Origin: a virus
Taxonomy: Duplodnaviria > Caudoviricetes
Direction: 5' to 3' (one strand)
IMG/VR virus record: IMGVR_UViG_3300027746_000001
Location: 1 to 63,869 of that record
Length of the DNA: 63,869 nt
Shown here piece by piece: positions 33,501-42,354 of this stretch. Numbering within the stretch: position 1 is the first letter of the stretch; the number at the start of each line of letters is the position of its first letter. A model generated the notes under the pieces. The model had not been told where the DNA came from. It ran no database searches and was given only the letters and a program-made list of their open reading frames with translations. Both the position numbers and the translations under genes were made by a program.

Positions 33501-34326
33501 AACTGATTACCAAGTTAGGGTGATTGGAGATAGTGTTAATGTGTATTCTGCATCAGTGTTGGTTCCGATTACGACCCCCGGCACTGGTCAATTGGCACTA
33601 GATATTCAGCGCACTTTAAATGTATCTCCATCTACAAGCATTGTGGCTGATGCTTCGTTATACACAACTGGTCAATCCGTTACTGTGCGAGCCAACTCAG
33701 GTGATGTCCTGCCAGATGGTCTTGTTGCTGGAACGACATATTTCATTCGTCGAATTGATAACAATGAATTTGAATTGTATGCCACAAAAGCACAATCTCA
33801 AAACCTCTCTAGCGTTGTTGGAAGAAGAGAGTTTTTAACTAGTGGATTATCCACGGAAAGCAAATTCTTCGTTGATGCCATCGAGGATCCAATCCTAGTT
33901 AAGAGTGTTGCTAACATTCAAAAACCCCTTACAGACGGATTTGTGAGCTTGTATGCCATGGACTACGGACGTAGCAATGATTTAACCTTGATTGGTCAAT
34001 ATCATCCGCAAGAAGTCAACCCACAATATCGCAGGATTCGTATTGGTAAACCATGCGCGTGGGTGCGGATTGCATACCGCATTAAGCCTCCAGTCATCAC
34101 GTCAAAATACGATTTTATTCCGATTGAACATACCCGTGCAATCATTACTGCTGTCCATGCCTGTGATCTTGAAGATAAGGATTTCGCTGAACAGGCACTT
34201 CGTTACTGGGGATTCTCATTAGCGTACCTTAAAAATCAGCAGGAACACCAAGATGGTCATGCTTTTGTTCCACCGCAAATTAATTCTGAAACGTATGGTG
34301 ATACATCTGATCCAGTAATGTTCTAG
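30562..34326 (+). CDS. Putative tail adaptor / tubular protein A with large internal repeat insertions
   Basis: Non-repetitive N- and C-termini flank repeated GTLP.PL..G..Y and G.GY modules; immediately upstream of the nozzle-sized gene. Confidence 0.55.
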   Translation: MFVDQIFEECAEILGTTDEKRVYRKITQAVQTLMESGHWMQSTADVDVCTGWDGCTVALPRGIDVPLAVNVDGSPVYFRNRLFQYHVNKGGQFNTVDWAWDDRGYVATLMQIVQPSQLVAIAESENDVGKIIRVTGTDSNNRDLRSQLKDGTGVDGLLIPIHSQSDFAYRTIAPDDATIRTREVAITPISKFTSTAPHTLDSGQGMAITAISGTIPVPLSNGQVYYIGVLDALTIQIYNDSLNAQAGNYPISLQSIVGAGPLKFLDSRTSFVVTALQFASAPTIEITTANPITFPSGQALPIGLRSGVTYFGNLLDSTHLQVFNSISDAQANVNEVHTTGSTNPINVDIRKEIVPETKLTFSVNHLLTQGDQVQVFTSGGTLPQPLIANQNYFVNIVDTKSVSIHTTQADALSSSPTNFVNPIKLTTAGSGTVSVVKLIQAASRTGTESQITASGLALSTPSGSGAQFQAVIVGSVTGVSVTAGGSGYSVPPNVTFSSPPQPPTGSTIEARAATGYALIAGGAVTSIVITDGGFGYINAPAISFDSGTAKATSAITTSFVSGFTRISGGFGYDDAPQVKVIGGGGSGATGTATINSTINQIVSPNLTYLSGTVTCVIPSGHGYFNGDTVEVSGVLNDTTGVYNRKTTISVPTIDKTILATKLTGTVGGTTASCNIINHGFVDGQIVTISGVTGANQSMYNGSFSINVIDNNNFQYQTLTIISSTPATGPMLASIPNSTTFTYSAVGTGSTPAIATGTAMESYSGSVIAINTITTGTGYVSRPSVIITPSTGVFVQFSATGTLPSPLVSGTAYRAETPLNGSTGTFTVKNSDFSDVNITSSATGTFYVVLSRAFGVSFTNKWLGDFTNLTTPSTIYWGTDYLLPTTSPSIDNGSTPAYLNVLSTSLATAYTSSGDATAGGTTGLINVVSFGTGQSYYAKRFSVSPLPYNNLIQPSSVQFLQENETVKFSTSGVLPSPLVAGTDYQVRVIGDSVNVYSASVLVPITTPGTGQLALDIQRTLNVSPSTSIVADASLYTTGQSVTVRANSGDVLPDGLVAGTTYFIRRIDNNEFELYATKAQSQNLSSVVGRREFLTSGLSTESKFFVDAIEDPILVKSVANIQKPLTDGFVSLYAMDYGRSNDLTLIGQYHPQEVNPQYRRIRIGKPCAWVRIAYRIKPPVITSKYDFIPIEHTRAIITAVHACDLEDKDFAEQALRYWGFSLAYLKNQQEHQDGHAFVPPQINSETYGDTSDPVMF

Positions 34327-34328
34327 AC

Positions 34329-36461
34329 ATGAAAAGTGAGAACATCACAGCAGGTCGGATGTCGAAGATATCCAGTGGGTGGATACAAGGAGTTAATTCC
34401 GTTAGAAATCCGTGGTTGTTGCCAGACAACCAGTTTAAATGGGGTGTTAACGTAACAGTCCGAGGAGGATTGATTCAAACCAGACCGGGGCATAAAATGC
34501 AGTTGTCTCTCCCATCTGGAAACTTTCAAGGTGGAATTCTTTTTGCATCAAACAAGCAAAAGGATGCCCCTGTAACACAGAATATCAATGGGGTGATTAC
34601 ACTAACTCCTGCCAAGATCTTTGATGTTAACGGAAACGGAATCGTTGCAGACGAACTAAATTACATGATGTTTGCCGTAAATGGCAATGTCTATTACTCC
34701 CCATTTCCGCTGGTTCAGCCAAGCAATTGGGAAGATTACAGACTAAAAAACATAAAGCTATCAGCGGATGTAGATCAGTTTGTTTTTACACTAGCAACTA
34801 AATCTGCAAATCTGACTACTGGAAGTCAAGAATTCTCGACTCCATCACACAGGATTGTTATGATCCAAGATGGCATTTCATACCCAGCATATTGGGATGG
34901 TTCTGATAAAGTTGGTACTCAGACATCAACAATTCCAGTGGGGTATTGGATGGCATACTCTGGAAATCGTCTTTGGATTGCCAATAAAAACATTGTTTTG
35001 GCATCAGATTTGGGTGATCCAACGTCATTCCAAGAACGTGCCACTGGAACTTCCCGTGGTGACTTTAGTTTTTCACGACCAGTAACTGGAATGGTGAGTT
35101 ATGTTGGACAGGATACGTCTACGAGACTTATTGTATTTACTGATAGGTCTACATTTCAACTCAAATCCAATGTCTTCGACAGAACGCTATGGGTTACAAC
35201 TGAAAACTTCCAATCTACACTTTACCCATCCGTTGGATGTATTGCTGGAAAATCAATTGCTTTTCAGGCAGGTCAGATGTGGTGGTATTCGCAAAACGGG
35301 CTGATAACAACCGATCCTGCTGCTACGGCATATCTATCATCTCAGGTGCTTTGTAAGGACTTAGAAATGGCAAGAACAAAGAGATTAATCACCTCTGATG
35401 CAACTAAAATTTGCGCTATTGGATTTGAGAATTACTTGCTTTATTCCGTGCCTTTCATGCAGACATTGAATTCCGACACAATGGTGTTAGATTACGCTGC
35501 CGCGTCTGAATGGGGAGAGAACAAAAATCCAGCTTGGTGCGGAGTATGGACAGGCACACGTCCTGTTGAATGGACATCTGGAATTATTAATGGACAATCT
35601 AGGTGTTTTCACTTTTCTGTTGATTACTCAGCTACTAACGATGGCTCATACAATCACCTGTGGGAATCATTCCAGCCAGAAAGGGTTGACTCTTACTTGC
35701 AAATAAACCCAGATAAGACAACCACAACTCTATACAACCGCATTTACTCACAATTTGAAACACCTCTGTTGGGTGATCAAATGGATTTAAAGCAATTTAA
35801 ATACGGAGAGATAGAATGCACTCAGATTGGAGGCACTGTTGACGTTGAAGTGTCTTACAGGGGCAGCAAAGGCAACTATAACTCTATCCTTAAAAAGAGA
35901 TTGCTAGCAGTCACTGATAATTACCAATGGGACAATACTCCCTATGAGGAACAAATCCGAGATCTTGGATTGCTCAATACTCAATATCGAAGGTTGATTA
36001 CAGAATCCGCTCAACGTAACTCACTTCTTTCCACTTGCGAGTCTCGACTGACAGATGATGTGGATAAGGCATTTTCATTGCTGATTGAATGGTGCGGTGA
36101 GTTTGGTGTGGAGGTTATCCGTTTGTTCATGGATCCTTGGATGGAAAAATCCACTGGCGCACCTCAAGGTGACGAAACCCAATCGTGCGTTGTTTCTCAA
36201 AATGGTGAATCGTTGACGATAGATTTGCTTCCTAACCCATACGAGCAACAATCTCCTAATGATAAATCGTGGAGTGCCAAGGTGTTCAAAACAGCAACGC
36301 TAAATTGCAACATTAATCCATCTAAATCAATTTCAGCGACTGCATCAGCATCGTTTTTGTCGTATATTTCGTTTGAACACGCTCAAGAAGAGGCAGGAGT
36401 ACTTGCTTTACAGGCCGCAACATCTGCTGCACAGCAGTTTAAAGCGCAAAATCCTTGTTAA
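34329..36461 (+). CDS. Putative tail nozzle / tubular protein B
   Basis: 710 aa beta-rich protein (NRLWIA..., SD..DP) in the canonical podovirus position. Confidence 0.6.
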   Translation: MKSENITAGRMSKISSGWIQGVNSVRNPWLLPDNQFKWGVNVTVRGGLIQTRPGHKMQLSLPSGNFQGGILFASNKQKDAPVTQNINGVITLTPAKIFDVNGNGIVADELNYMMFAVNGNVYYSPFPLVQPSNWEDYRLKNIKLSADVDQFVFTLATKSANLTTGSQEFSTPSHRIVMIQDGISYPAYWDGSDKVGTQTSTIPVGYWMAYSGNRLWIANKNIVLASDLGDPTSFQERATGTSRGDFSFSRPVTGMVSYVGQDTSTRLIVFTDRSTFQLKSNVFDRTLWVTTENFQSTLYPSVGCIAGKSIAFQAGQMWWYSQNGLITTDPAATAYLSSQVLCKDLEMARTKRLITSDATKICAIGFENYLLYSVPFMQTLNSDTMVLDYAAASEWGENKNPAWCGVWTGTRPVEWTSGIINGQSRCFHFSVDYSATNDGSYNHLWESFQPERVDSYLQINPDKTTTTLYNRIYSQFETPLLGDQMDLKQFKYGEIECTQIGGTVDVEVSYRGSKGNYNSILKKRLLAVTDNYQWDNTPYEEQIRDLGLLNTQYRRLITESAQRNSLLSTCESRLTDDVDKAFSLLIEWCGEFGVEVIRLFMDPWMEKSTGAPQGDETQSCVVSQNGESLTIDLLPNPYEQQSPNDKSWSAKVFKTATLNCNINPSKSISATASASFLSYISFEHAQEEAGVLALQAATSAAQQFKAQNPC

Positions 36462-36462
36462 T

Positions 36463-36711
36463 ATGCCATCGATAACAACATCAAAATTAGATGCTACTAA
36501 CTTTCCAAATAAGTTTATATCTCCGTTTGGTGATGATCCTGTTGTACCTATTTACTCTTCAATTCCGTTTAGCACTGGTCAAAATAATTGCTTGCCATGT
36601 GCGATTTGCGGTTCTAATTTTGATCGTCAAATCATACTTAAAGCGGAAGCTGAGAGATTCAATACAATACAAACCTCCAACAAAGAAGATATTTTAGTTG
36701 GATTTAATTAA
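36463..36711 (+). CDS. Small Cys-containing hypothetical protein
   Basis: Start after TAATATG; CLPCAIC motif. Confidence 0.55.
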   Translation: MPSITTSKLDATNFPNKFISPFGDDPVVPIYSSIPFSTGQNNCLPCAICGSNFDRQIILKAEAERFNTIQTSNKEDILVGFN

Positions 36712-36718
36712 TATATAT

Positions 36719-37102
36719 ATGAAACCAAAAATGCAATACAAACTCGTTCCAAAAGGCACAAACGAATTCTTAGAATTGGTTGATTTTGCCGAGGAATTTG
36801 ATCATAAAATAATCGAGCATCCTAACATTAATGTTTATGCACATTATCGTGATGGTGAATTATATGGCTATTCTGATCATGTGTTTTTGCCAACTATATA
36901 TCCAGCATTTCACCCTAAATTCACTCGTCCTAGAGACGTTATTCAGTGCATGAATGATTGGATCACATACTCTCAAATCACAAACTCACCGGGTTATATT
37001 GGTGTTCCTTTAAAGGATGAACGAATTAACTTTACAAACGAAATAATGGAAAAATTAGGGTTGACTCCTCTCAAAAGAGAGATTTACTCTATCACTACTT
37101 AA
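36719..37102 (+). CDS. Hypothetical protein in the position of podovirus GNAT-like assembly proteins
   Basis: About 127 aa between the nozzle and the ejection genes; ends MEKLGL...IY. Confidence 0.5.
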   Translation: MKPKMQYKLVPKGTNEFLELVDFAEEFDHKIIEHPNINVYAHYRDGELYGYSDHVFLPTIYPAFHPKFTRPRDVIQCMNDWITYSQITNSPGYIGVPLKDERINFTNEIMEKLGLTPLKREIYSITT

Positions 37103-37106
37103 TAAT

Positions 37107-37922
37107 ATGGGCGGATCTACATACACACCAGAGGTACAGAAACCTACACCTGAACTTAATATGATGTTAGCTTCTGATGCTAACAAAGGTATGTATGGTG
37201 GCTTAGAATCACAAGCTAAATTCTTGGAGATGGCTACTCAGGTTAAGCCTATTGAGCAAACATTTGATGGATCTCAACTGTCTAAACAGGCATTTGAGTT
37301 AGGTATTGAGAACGCTAATCGTGCTAGGAAATTTGAAGAATCCGTTGATCCTGCAAGCGCAAGAATGAGGGCTAGTGCTGGTGAGACAATTGAAAAGCTT
37401 ACATCTCCCGAAAGCTGGCAACAAAAACTGAATGATTGGGCTAAAACTAAGGGTTTGGCTCAAATGATGCAGTCTGGAATCGATCCATCCTCCAGCATGG
37501 GTCGAGCAGCAATGTACGATCAATCCACGGAAAAAGGAAGACAGATTGCACTTGAGGATTTTGCGTTGCGCCAAAAATATCTTGATGCTAACCAAATGCA
37601 GGGTGGCATTGACCCATCTGCGTTGATTTCTGGTCAAGAGGCAGCAAAGGCCCAAAACAGACAAGGATTGCAAGACTGGCAACGTGGGGTTCTATCTGGT
37701 GCGCAAGGACTAGGACAAACTGCACAGGATGCAATTAATCGTTCTATGGGCAATATTCAAAATGCTCATTCAGCTAATGTTGCTGATACTCAGAATTACA
37801 ATAACATGATCAACCAAGTGAGAGCGCAAAATGCTCAAAGCAAAAATGCAGCAACTGGTCAATGGATTTCTGGTGGTGGTGCAGTTGCGGGAGCGGCACT
37901 TGGTGCTGCAATTCTAATTTAA
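37107..37922 (+). CDS. Putative internal virion (ejection) protein, MGG start
   Basis: Ala/Gln-rich helical protein with a glycine-zipper hydrophobic C-terminus. Confidence 0.6.
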   Translation: MGGSTYTPEVQKPTPELNMMLASDANKGMYGGLESQAKFLEMATQVKPIEQTFDGSQLSKQAFELGIENANRARKFEESVDPASARMRASAGETIEKLTSPESWQQKLNDWAKTKGLAQMMQSGIDPSSSMGRAAMYDQSTEKGRQIALEDFALRQKYLDANQMQGGIDPSALISGQEAAKAQNRQGLQDWQRGVLSGAQGLGQTAQDAINRSMGNIQNAHSANVADTQNYNNMINQVRAQNAQSKNAATGQWISGGGAVAGAALGAAILI

Positions 37923-38755
37923 TGAAAAACCTAATAAATAAAACAATAGATAAAGCTGTTCGTTGGAACAAACAATGGCCCAATGCGGTCATCTTTTGGT
38001 CTGGTGGAAAGGATTCAACTGTCCTTCTTCACTTTTTGAAATTCAAGTGTGGAATTGACTTGCCAGTAGTACAATTTCGGCAACCTAAATTCCGCGAAAG
38101 ATATGCGTATTCTGATAAATTGATCAAGGATTGGCAATTGGCAATGTATGAATATCCAGCCTTCAAGCATACGTTGGCAGATGGGCCTGATGTAGAAACT
38201 GGTGAGGTTCGGTTTGATCTTCTTCATTACTTCCAATGGGGCCAAAATTCCGTTGTCTTGTCACTGGGAACTGAGCGTCCAAAAGCAAACGAACCATTCA
38301 TGTGTGGTGTTGATGACTTTTTGATGCGACCCACGGGAACATTTAATTTTCCTTGGGGAGCAGTCTGGATCGGAACTAAGTTTACAGATACGGATTTAAT
38401 CAAAGGTCATGTTCCGATATCACAAGATATCAGGCACGTCGATGGCAATCCAACTTCACTTTATCTGCTTAAAGATTGGAATGATGATGATGTTTACGAG
38501 TATCTAGAGGCAAACAATGTCCAACCAGATCCAACTCGATATGTGAAAGGCAAGAATGGGTGGATGAACAATCCTGACAAATCACTTAATGCTGACTTCT
38601 ATCCTGTCTGTTTGAACTGCGTTGATCGGCATCAAGGGCCACACGTTGATTGTCCAAAGTTAAAAGCAAAGATCACTAACATTTCGCATCTTGCTCCATA
38701 CGAAGATATCGTGATACCAGATTTAGGGTTTAAACCAGTGGATTGGAACAAATAA
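37922..38755 (+). CDS. PAPS-reductase-family (PP-loop) protein
   Basis: WSGGKDSTVLL PP-loop, LKDWNDDDVYEYL, C-terminal CLNC...CPK. Probable start MKNLIN at 37922. Confidence 0.8.
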   Translation: MKNLINKTIDKAVRWNKQWPNAVIFWSGGKDSTVLLHFLKFKCGIDLPVVQFRQPKFRERYAYSDKLIKDWQLAMYEYPAFKHTLADGPDVETGEVRFDLLHYFQWGQNSVVLSLGTERPKANEPFMCGVDDFLMRPTGTFNFPWGAVWIGTKFTDTDLIKGHVPISQDIRHVDGNPTSLYLLKDWNDDDVYEYLEANNVQPDPTRYVKGKNGWMNNPDKSLNADFYPVCLNCVDRHQGPHVDCPKLKAKITNISHLAPYEDIVIPDLGFKPVDWNK

Positions 38756-38759
38756 AATT

Positions 38760-39185
38760 ATGGGTGGATCAAATCAACAACAAATGCCGCAAGGTGTAAA
38801 TGCAATTGGAGAACAGCAATATGCCACTGGAACAGTTCCAAAAGCAATACAAGCAACTCCAGCAGAATCTAAGGCATTTAGACAAGATCAGCAACAACAG
38901 CAATTAAAAAGCTTGTTAAGCAATACACTTGGAAAAGCCGCGCAAACTGCATCGTCACCTTATGATCGTGCAGCAAAATCACAAACTGATTCCGCTTCAG
39001 CATGGACAGCAATGCAACGTGAAGCTGGAGATGGCACTGGTAGCTTAGAATTTTCTTCTGTGGGAGGTTATAGTGTTCCCCCATCTGGTGAAGAGAAGGT
39101 ATCACAGGGATGGGCTAATGCATTTCAATCCATTGGAACATCTGCACTGGGTGGAATTGGAAAACCCGCTAATAAAATAGGTTAA
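38760..39185 (+). CDS. Gln-rich MGG-start protein (putative virion protein)
   Basis: MGGSNQQQ start; low complexity. Confidence 0.55.
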   Translation: MGGSNQQQMPQGVNAIGEQQYATGTVPKAIQATPAESKAFRQDQQQQQLKSLLSNTLGKAAQTASSPYDRAAKSQTDSASAWTAMQREAGDGTGSLEFSSVGGYSVPPSGEEKVSQGWANAFQSIGTSALGGIGKPANKIG

Positions 39186-39475
39186 TGGAAGATGAATACG
39201 ATTGCGAAAAATGCGGTGCTTGCTGTTGTTTTAAGTGGTCTTGGCCTGTGTTGCGACGAGATCGATCTGACGCAAGTGGTATCCCGAAAGAAATGCAAAG
39301 GGAAGACTACCCTCTGATGAAAACAACTGACTCAAGATGCATTGCTTTGGATGGTAAAGTTGGAGAAAAGGTATGTTGCAAAATATACGCAGATCGACCA
39401 AACTCTTGCAGACAATTCAAAGCTGGGTCTGATTTGTGTAAAGAAGCCCGAAAGAAATTTAACCAATTAAAATAA
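39185..39475 (+). CDS. CxxCxxCC (YkgJ/FliB-like) Zn/Fe-S cluster protein
   Basis: CEKCGACC...C.AL...CKIYADRPNSCRQF. Confidence 0.85.
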   Translation: MEDEYDCEKCGACCCFKWSWPVLRRDRSDASGIPKEMQREDYPLMKTTDSRCIALDGKVGEKVCCKIYADRPNSCRQFKAGSDLCKEARKKFNQLK

Positions 39476-39487
39476 AGGAGTAATATT

Positions 39488-40003
39488 ATGGGAGGACAAA
39501 CAAGCGTATGGGGTCAAAGTGTATTTGATCCATTGGGTGCAGCAATCGAAAGGAAAACTTTTGGGAAAGGAAGGGAGGATGCTAAAAATAGGAAAAAAAT
39601 AGTTCGCAAACCTAATCAAGCGGATGCAAATAGAGCAGAATTATATCAAATGATGAAGGATAGGCAAGCTAACATCACAAAGCAATTGCAAGGAATGCAA
39701 ACTTCTCAACAATCTCAATTGCAAAATCAACAAGCTGCACAGCAAGATATGCAACCAGTTGCACAGATTGAACAACCAATAGGACAAGTTGCGCAACCAC
39801 TTGGACAAGTTGATCAAAAAGCAACAAATGCAATTCTTAACCCAGCACCTACTGTAACTCCAACTACAACTTCATCTGTTGCTGCGCCAACTGTAATATC
39901 ACCAAATGCACCTCTTGCAAATCAGGCTACTGGAATGGGTCAACAAAAAACAAATCAGTTTTCCATGCCATCTGCTAGTGGATTAAAGTTTGGTGGAACA
40001 TAA
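39488..40003 (+). CDS. Gln-rich MGG-start protein ending NQFSMPSASGLKFGGT
   Basis: AAGGAG upstream; C-terminus paralogous with the next gene. Confidence 0.65.
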   Translation: MGGQTSVWGQSVFDPLGAAIERKTFGKGREDAKNRKKIVRKPNQADANRAELYQMMKDRQANITKQLQGMQTSQQSQLQNQQAAQQDMQPVAQIEQPIGQVAQPLGQVDQKATNAILNPAPTVTPTTTSSVAAPTVISPNAPLANQATGMGQQKTNQFSMPSASGLKFGGT

Positions 40004-40006
40004 GAA

Positions 40007-40035
40007 TTGACAATTTGAAGTATTAATCGTATTTC
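40007..40035 (+). promoter_or_regulatory. Possible sigma70-like promoter
   Basis: TTGACA-17 nt-TATTTC. Confidence 0.4.
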
Positions 40036-40075
40036 ATTAACAAACAATTAAAAATTAAAATTAAGGAGTAACATT

Positions 40076-40600
40076 ATGGGAGGAGGATCACAACCCGCAC
40101 CGCAACCGCAACCGCAAAATAACAATAGTGAAATGATGCTAATGCAAATGCAAATGCAACAGGATCAGGCTGAAGTTGCAAGACAGCAAGCTGAAGAAGC
40201 GCAAAGAAAAGCACTGATTGAAGCGCAAACACAGGCAAATTCTGCTCTTGCGCGTGAAGGAATGCAAAAGGCACAGCAAAGTTTAAGTGGAATTAATGCA
40301 GTTAAATCGGCAGAAGATGCCGCTGCAAAACAACGTAACTTGGTTGCACAACAAGGGGCAGGAACTTCAGCGATGGGTTCTGCATACGATGTGAATGCTG
40401 CTCGTCAAGGTGCGATGTCTAACCTCGGTGCTGCTTCAGGTGTCCTCCCATCCGCTTCTGGCAACATTACTAGTCCAGCTATGGTCAACCCTGCACTGAC
40501 AACCGCTGGTGCTACAAACCAAGGGGTCGGTGGCACTAATCAGCGTGTCAATCAATTTGCAACTCCTTCCGCATCTGGACTAACATTTGGCGGGGCTTAA
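40076..40600 (+). CDS. Gln/Ala-rich MGG-start protein ending NQFATPSASGLTFGGA
   Basis: AAGGAG upstream; C-terminus paralogous with the previous gene. Confidence 0.65.
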   Translation: MGGGSQPAPQPQPQNNNSEMMLMQMQMQQDQAEVARQQAEEAQRKALIEAQTQANSALAREGMQKAQQSLSGINAVKSAEDAAAKQRNLVAQQGAGTSAMGSAYDVNAARQGAMSNLGAASGVLPSASGNITSPAMVNPALTTAGATNQGVGGTNQRVNQFATPSASGLTFGGA

Positions 40601-40603
40601 CTT

Positions 40604-42352
40604 ATGGCACTCCCCACTGGTGGCTACACTTTTACTCCACAGACAGCAAGCCTTGGAGCGAGTCCTCTTTCTGCACTGAAACCTCTAGACGTTGGGGTAA
40701 GCGTGAGCTTTACTCCAATGCCTAAATATGAGGTTCCATCCGCGCAGCAGGAGTTAGTCAGCATTGGTGCTGCAAAAGGTCTACAGGGGTTTTCTGAGCC
40801 AATTATCAGTGCTTATAAAGCAAAGGATGATGAAGCTAAAAAGAAAGATGAGGATGCGCTTAAATATCTGCGTGATGTAAATCTTGCTAAAATCAAATCA
40901 GAAAAGACCCCAGAAGAACTAAAATTTGAAAGAGAATATAATACAGCAAGACTTGCAAATCTAAATAGCCTAACAACTCAACGAGGAGGAGATAAAGTTC
41001 CAGTTAAAACAAGGGCAGCAGGATCTCTTTCTCCAGATATTGTTAAATCAAGTGACAGTGACCCTCTTCCAGAAGATACATCTAGCAGCGTACCCTCTGA
41101 GAGAAAGATTAATTTTGATGAGGAGTCATTAGTTCCACCTCCTAAAGACGAAGAATTGCCACCTTACAAACCAGTAGGAGCGTTATTTGATATTTCATAT
41201 CAACCTAGAGTTGTAACGAAACCTGAACCAGTTATTACAGAGGAGCAAATTGCTGCTGTAACCAATCCACCACTTGCAAATCAGCAAGCCGCAACGGGTG
41301 GTGTTATGGTTCCTTCAGCACCTATTCCAGAAGTAACTCCAACTCCAACTCCAGAGGTTCGTGCTGCTATTCCAGTTACACCAACTCCAGAGATTCGTTC
41401 AGCAACTCCCGCTACAACTCAACCAACCTCATTTAAAGCAACTCCAGATCAACTCGCAAGGATTGAGGAAAATAGGCTTAAAATGATTGAGGAAATGCTT
41501 AGTAAAGCACCTCAAGATCAGCAAGTGCAACAACCATCTCAGCAAAATATTGATGATACAATTGGAGAATTGACAGATTTTGCATATGAAAGTGCTGCTG
41601 ATGCAAGAAAAGCGGTTTCAAAAATCAAAACATTACTTCCTAGTTATAAGGAAGCTAAAATAACACCACATTATGATGATAGATTGGGTAAGCGTGTGTT
41701 TTTTGTTGAGCAACCAGAGGTGGATGACAAGTATGTTAAGCCGGGGTCTACTCCAAGGCTAAATAAAGAACAAGTCCAGATGGTTTTATCCATGCAGGAT
41801 AATTTGAGGCAAGATCCGTTGTACTCAAAAGCATTAACATTTAGAGATTCTAAAGACACAATTTTAGCTTCGTTAGAAAAACAAGATGGTTTTTCTGATA
41901 TTGCTGCAATCAATGCATTTCAACGATTGATTGATCCCGGTGTTGCTGTTCGTGAAGGTGACGTTGCTCTTATTCAATCTGCGCGTTCATTCTTTAGTAA
42001 GTATGATCCAAAATTTATTACAGAAAGTTTCTCGAAAGGATCTAAACTTCCACCAGCGGATAGAGAAAAAATGAGAAAGTTAACTATGGAGTTAACAAGA
42101 ATGGGTCTTGAAAAAGCAAATAAAGAGACAATTCCAAGATTTACTCAAATGGCATCTGATGCTGGAGTTAATCCAGATTATGTAATTAAGCCATTTGATA
42201 TTCCTTTAGATAGAACGCAACTTACAAAAGACATTGATGTTCTTGCTGCAAGAATGAAATCAATTCCAAAGTCTCAAGCAAATGATCCTGCTGCAAAAGA
42301 GTTGATCAACCAATACAAATCTTTAAAAATGCAATTACAACAGGCTAAATAA
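40604..42352 (+). CDS. Putative internal virion (ejection) protein
   Basis: Pro-rich middle and helical C-terminal domain with DIAAI..FQRLIDPG.AVREGD; precedes the giant protein. Confidence 0.6.
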   Translation: MALPTGGYTFTPQTASLGASPLSALKPLDVGVSVSFTPMPKYEVPSAQQELVSIGAAKGLQGFSEPIISAYKAKDDEAKKKDEDALKYLRDVNLAKIKSEKTPEELKFEREYNTARLANLNSLTTQRGGDKVPVKTRAAGSLSPDIVKSSDSDPLPEDTSSSVPSERKINFDEESLVPPPKDEELPPYKPVGALFDISYQPRVVTKPEPVITEEQIAAVTNPPLANQQAATGGVMVPSAPIPEVTPTPTPEVRAAIPVTPTPEIRSATPATTQPTSFKATPDQLARIEENRLKMIEEMLSKAPQDQQVQQPSQQNIDDTIGELTDFAYESAADARKAVSKIKTLLPSYKEAKITPHYDDRLGKRVFFVEQPEVDDKYVKPGSTPRLNKEQVQMVLSMQDNLRQDPLYSKALTFRDSKDTILASLEKQDGFSDIAAINAFQRLIDPGVAVREGDVALIQSARSFFSKYDPKFITESFSKGSKLPPADREKMRKLTMELTRMGLEKANKETIPRFTQMASDAGVNPDYVIKPFDIPLDRTQLTKDIDVLAARMKSIPKSQANDPAAKELINQYKSLKMQLQQAK

Positions 42353-42354
42353 AA

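Noticed and set aside
37922-38755. cysH auxiliary metabolic gene, or DndC phosphorothioation system
   Set aside because: No ECG(L/I)H-type C-terminal motif, no other cys or dnd genes, and the structural-module context argues against both.
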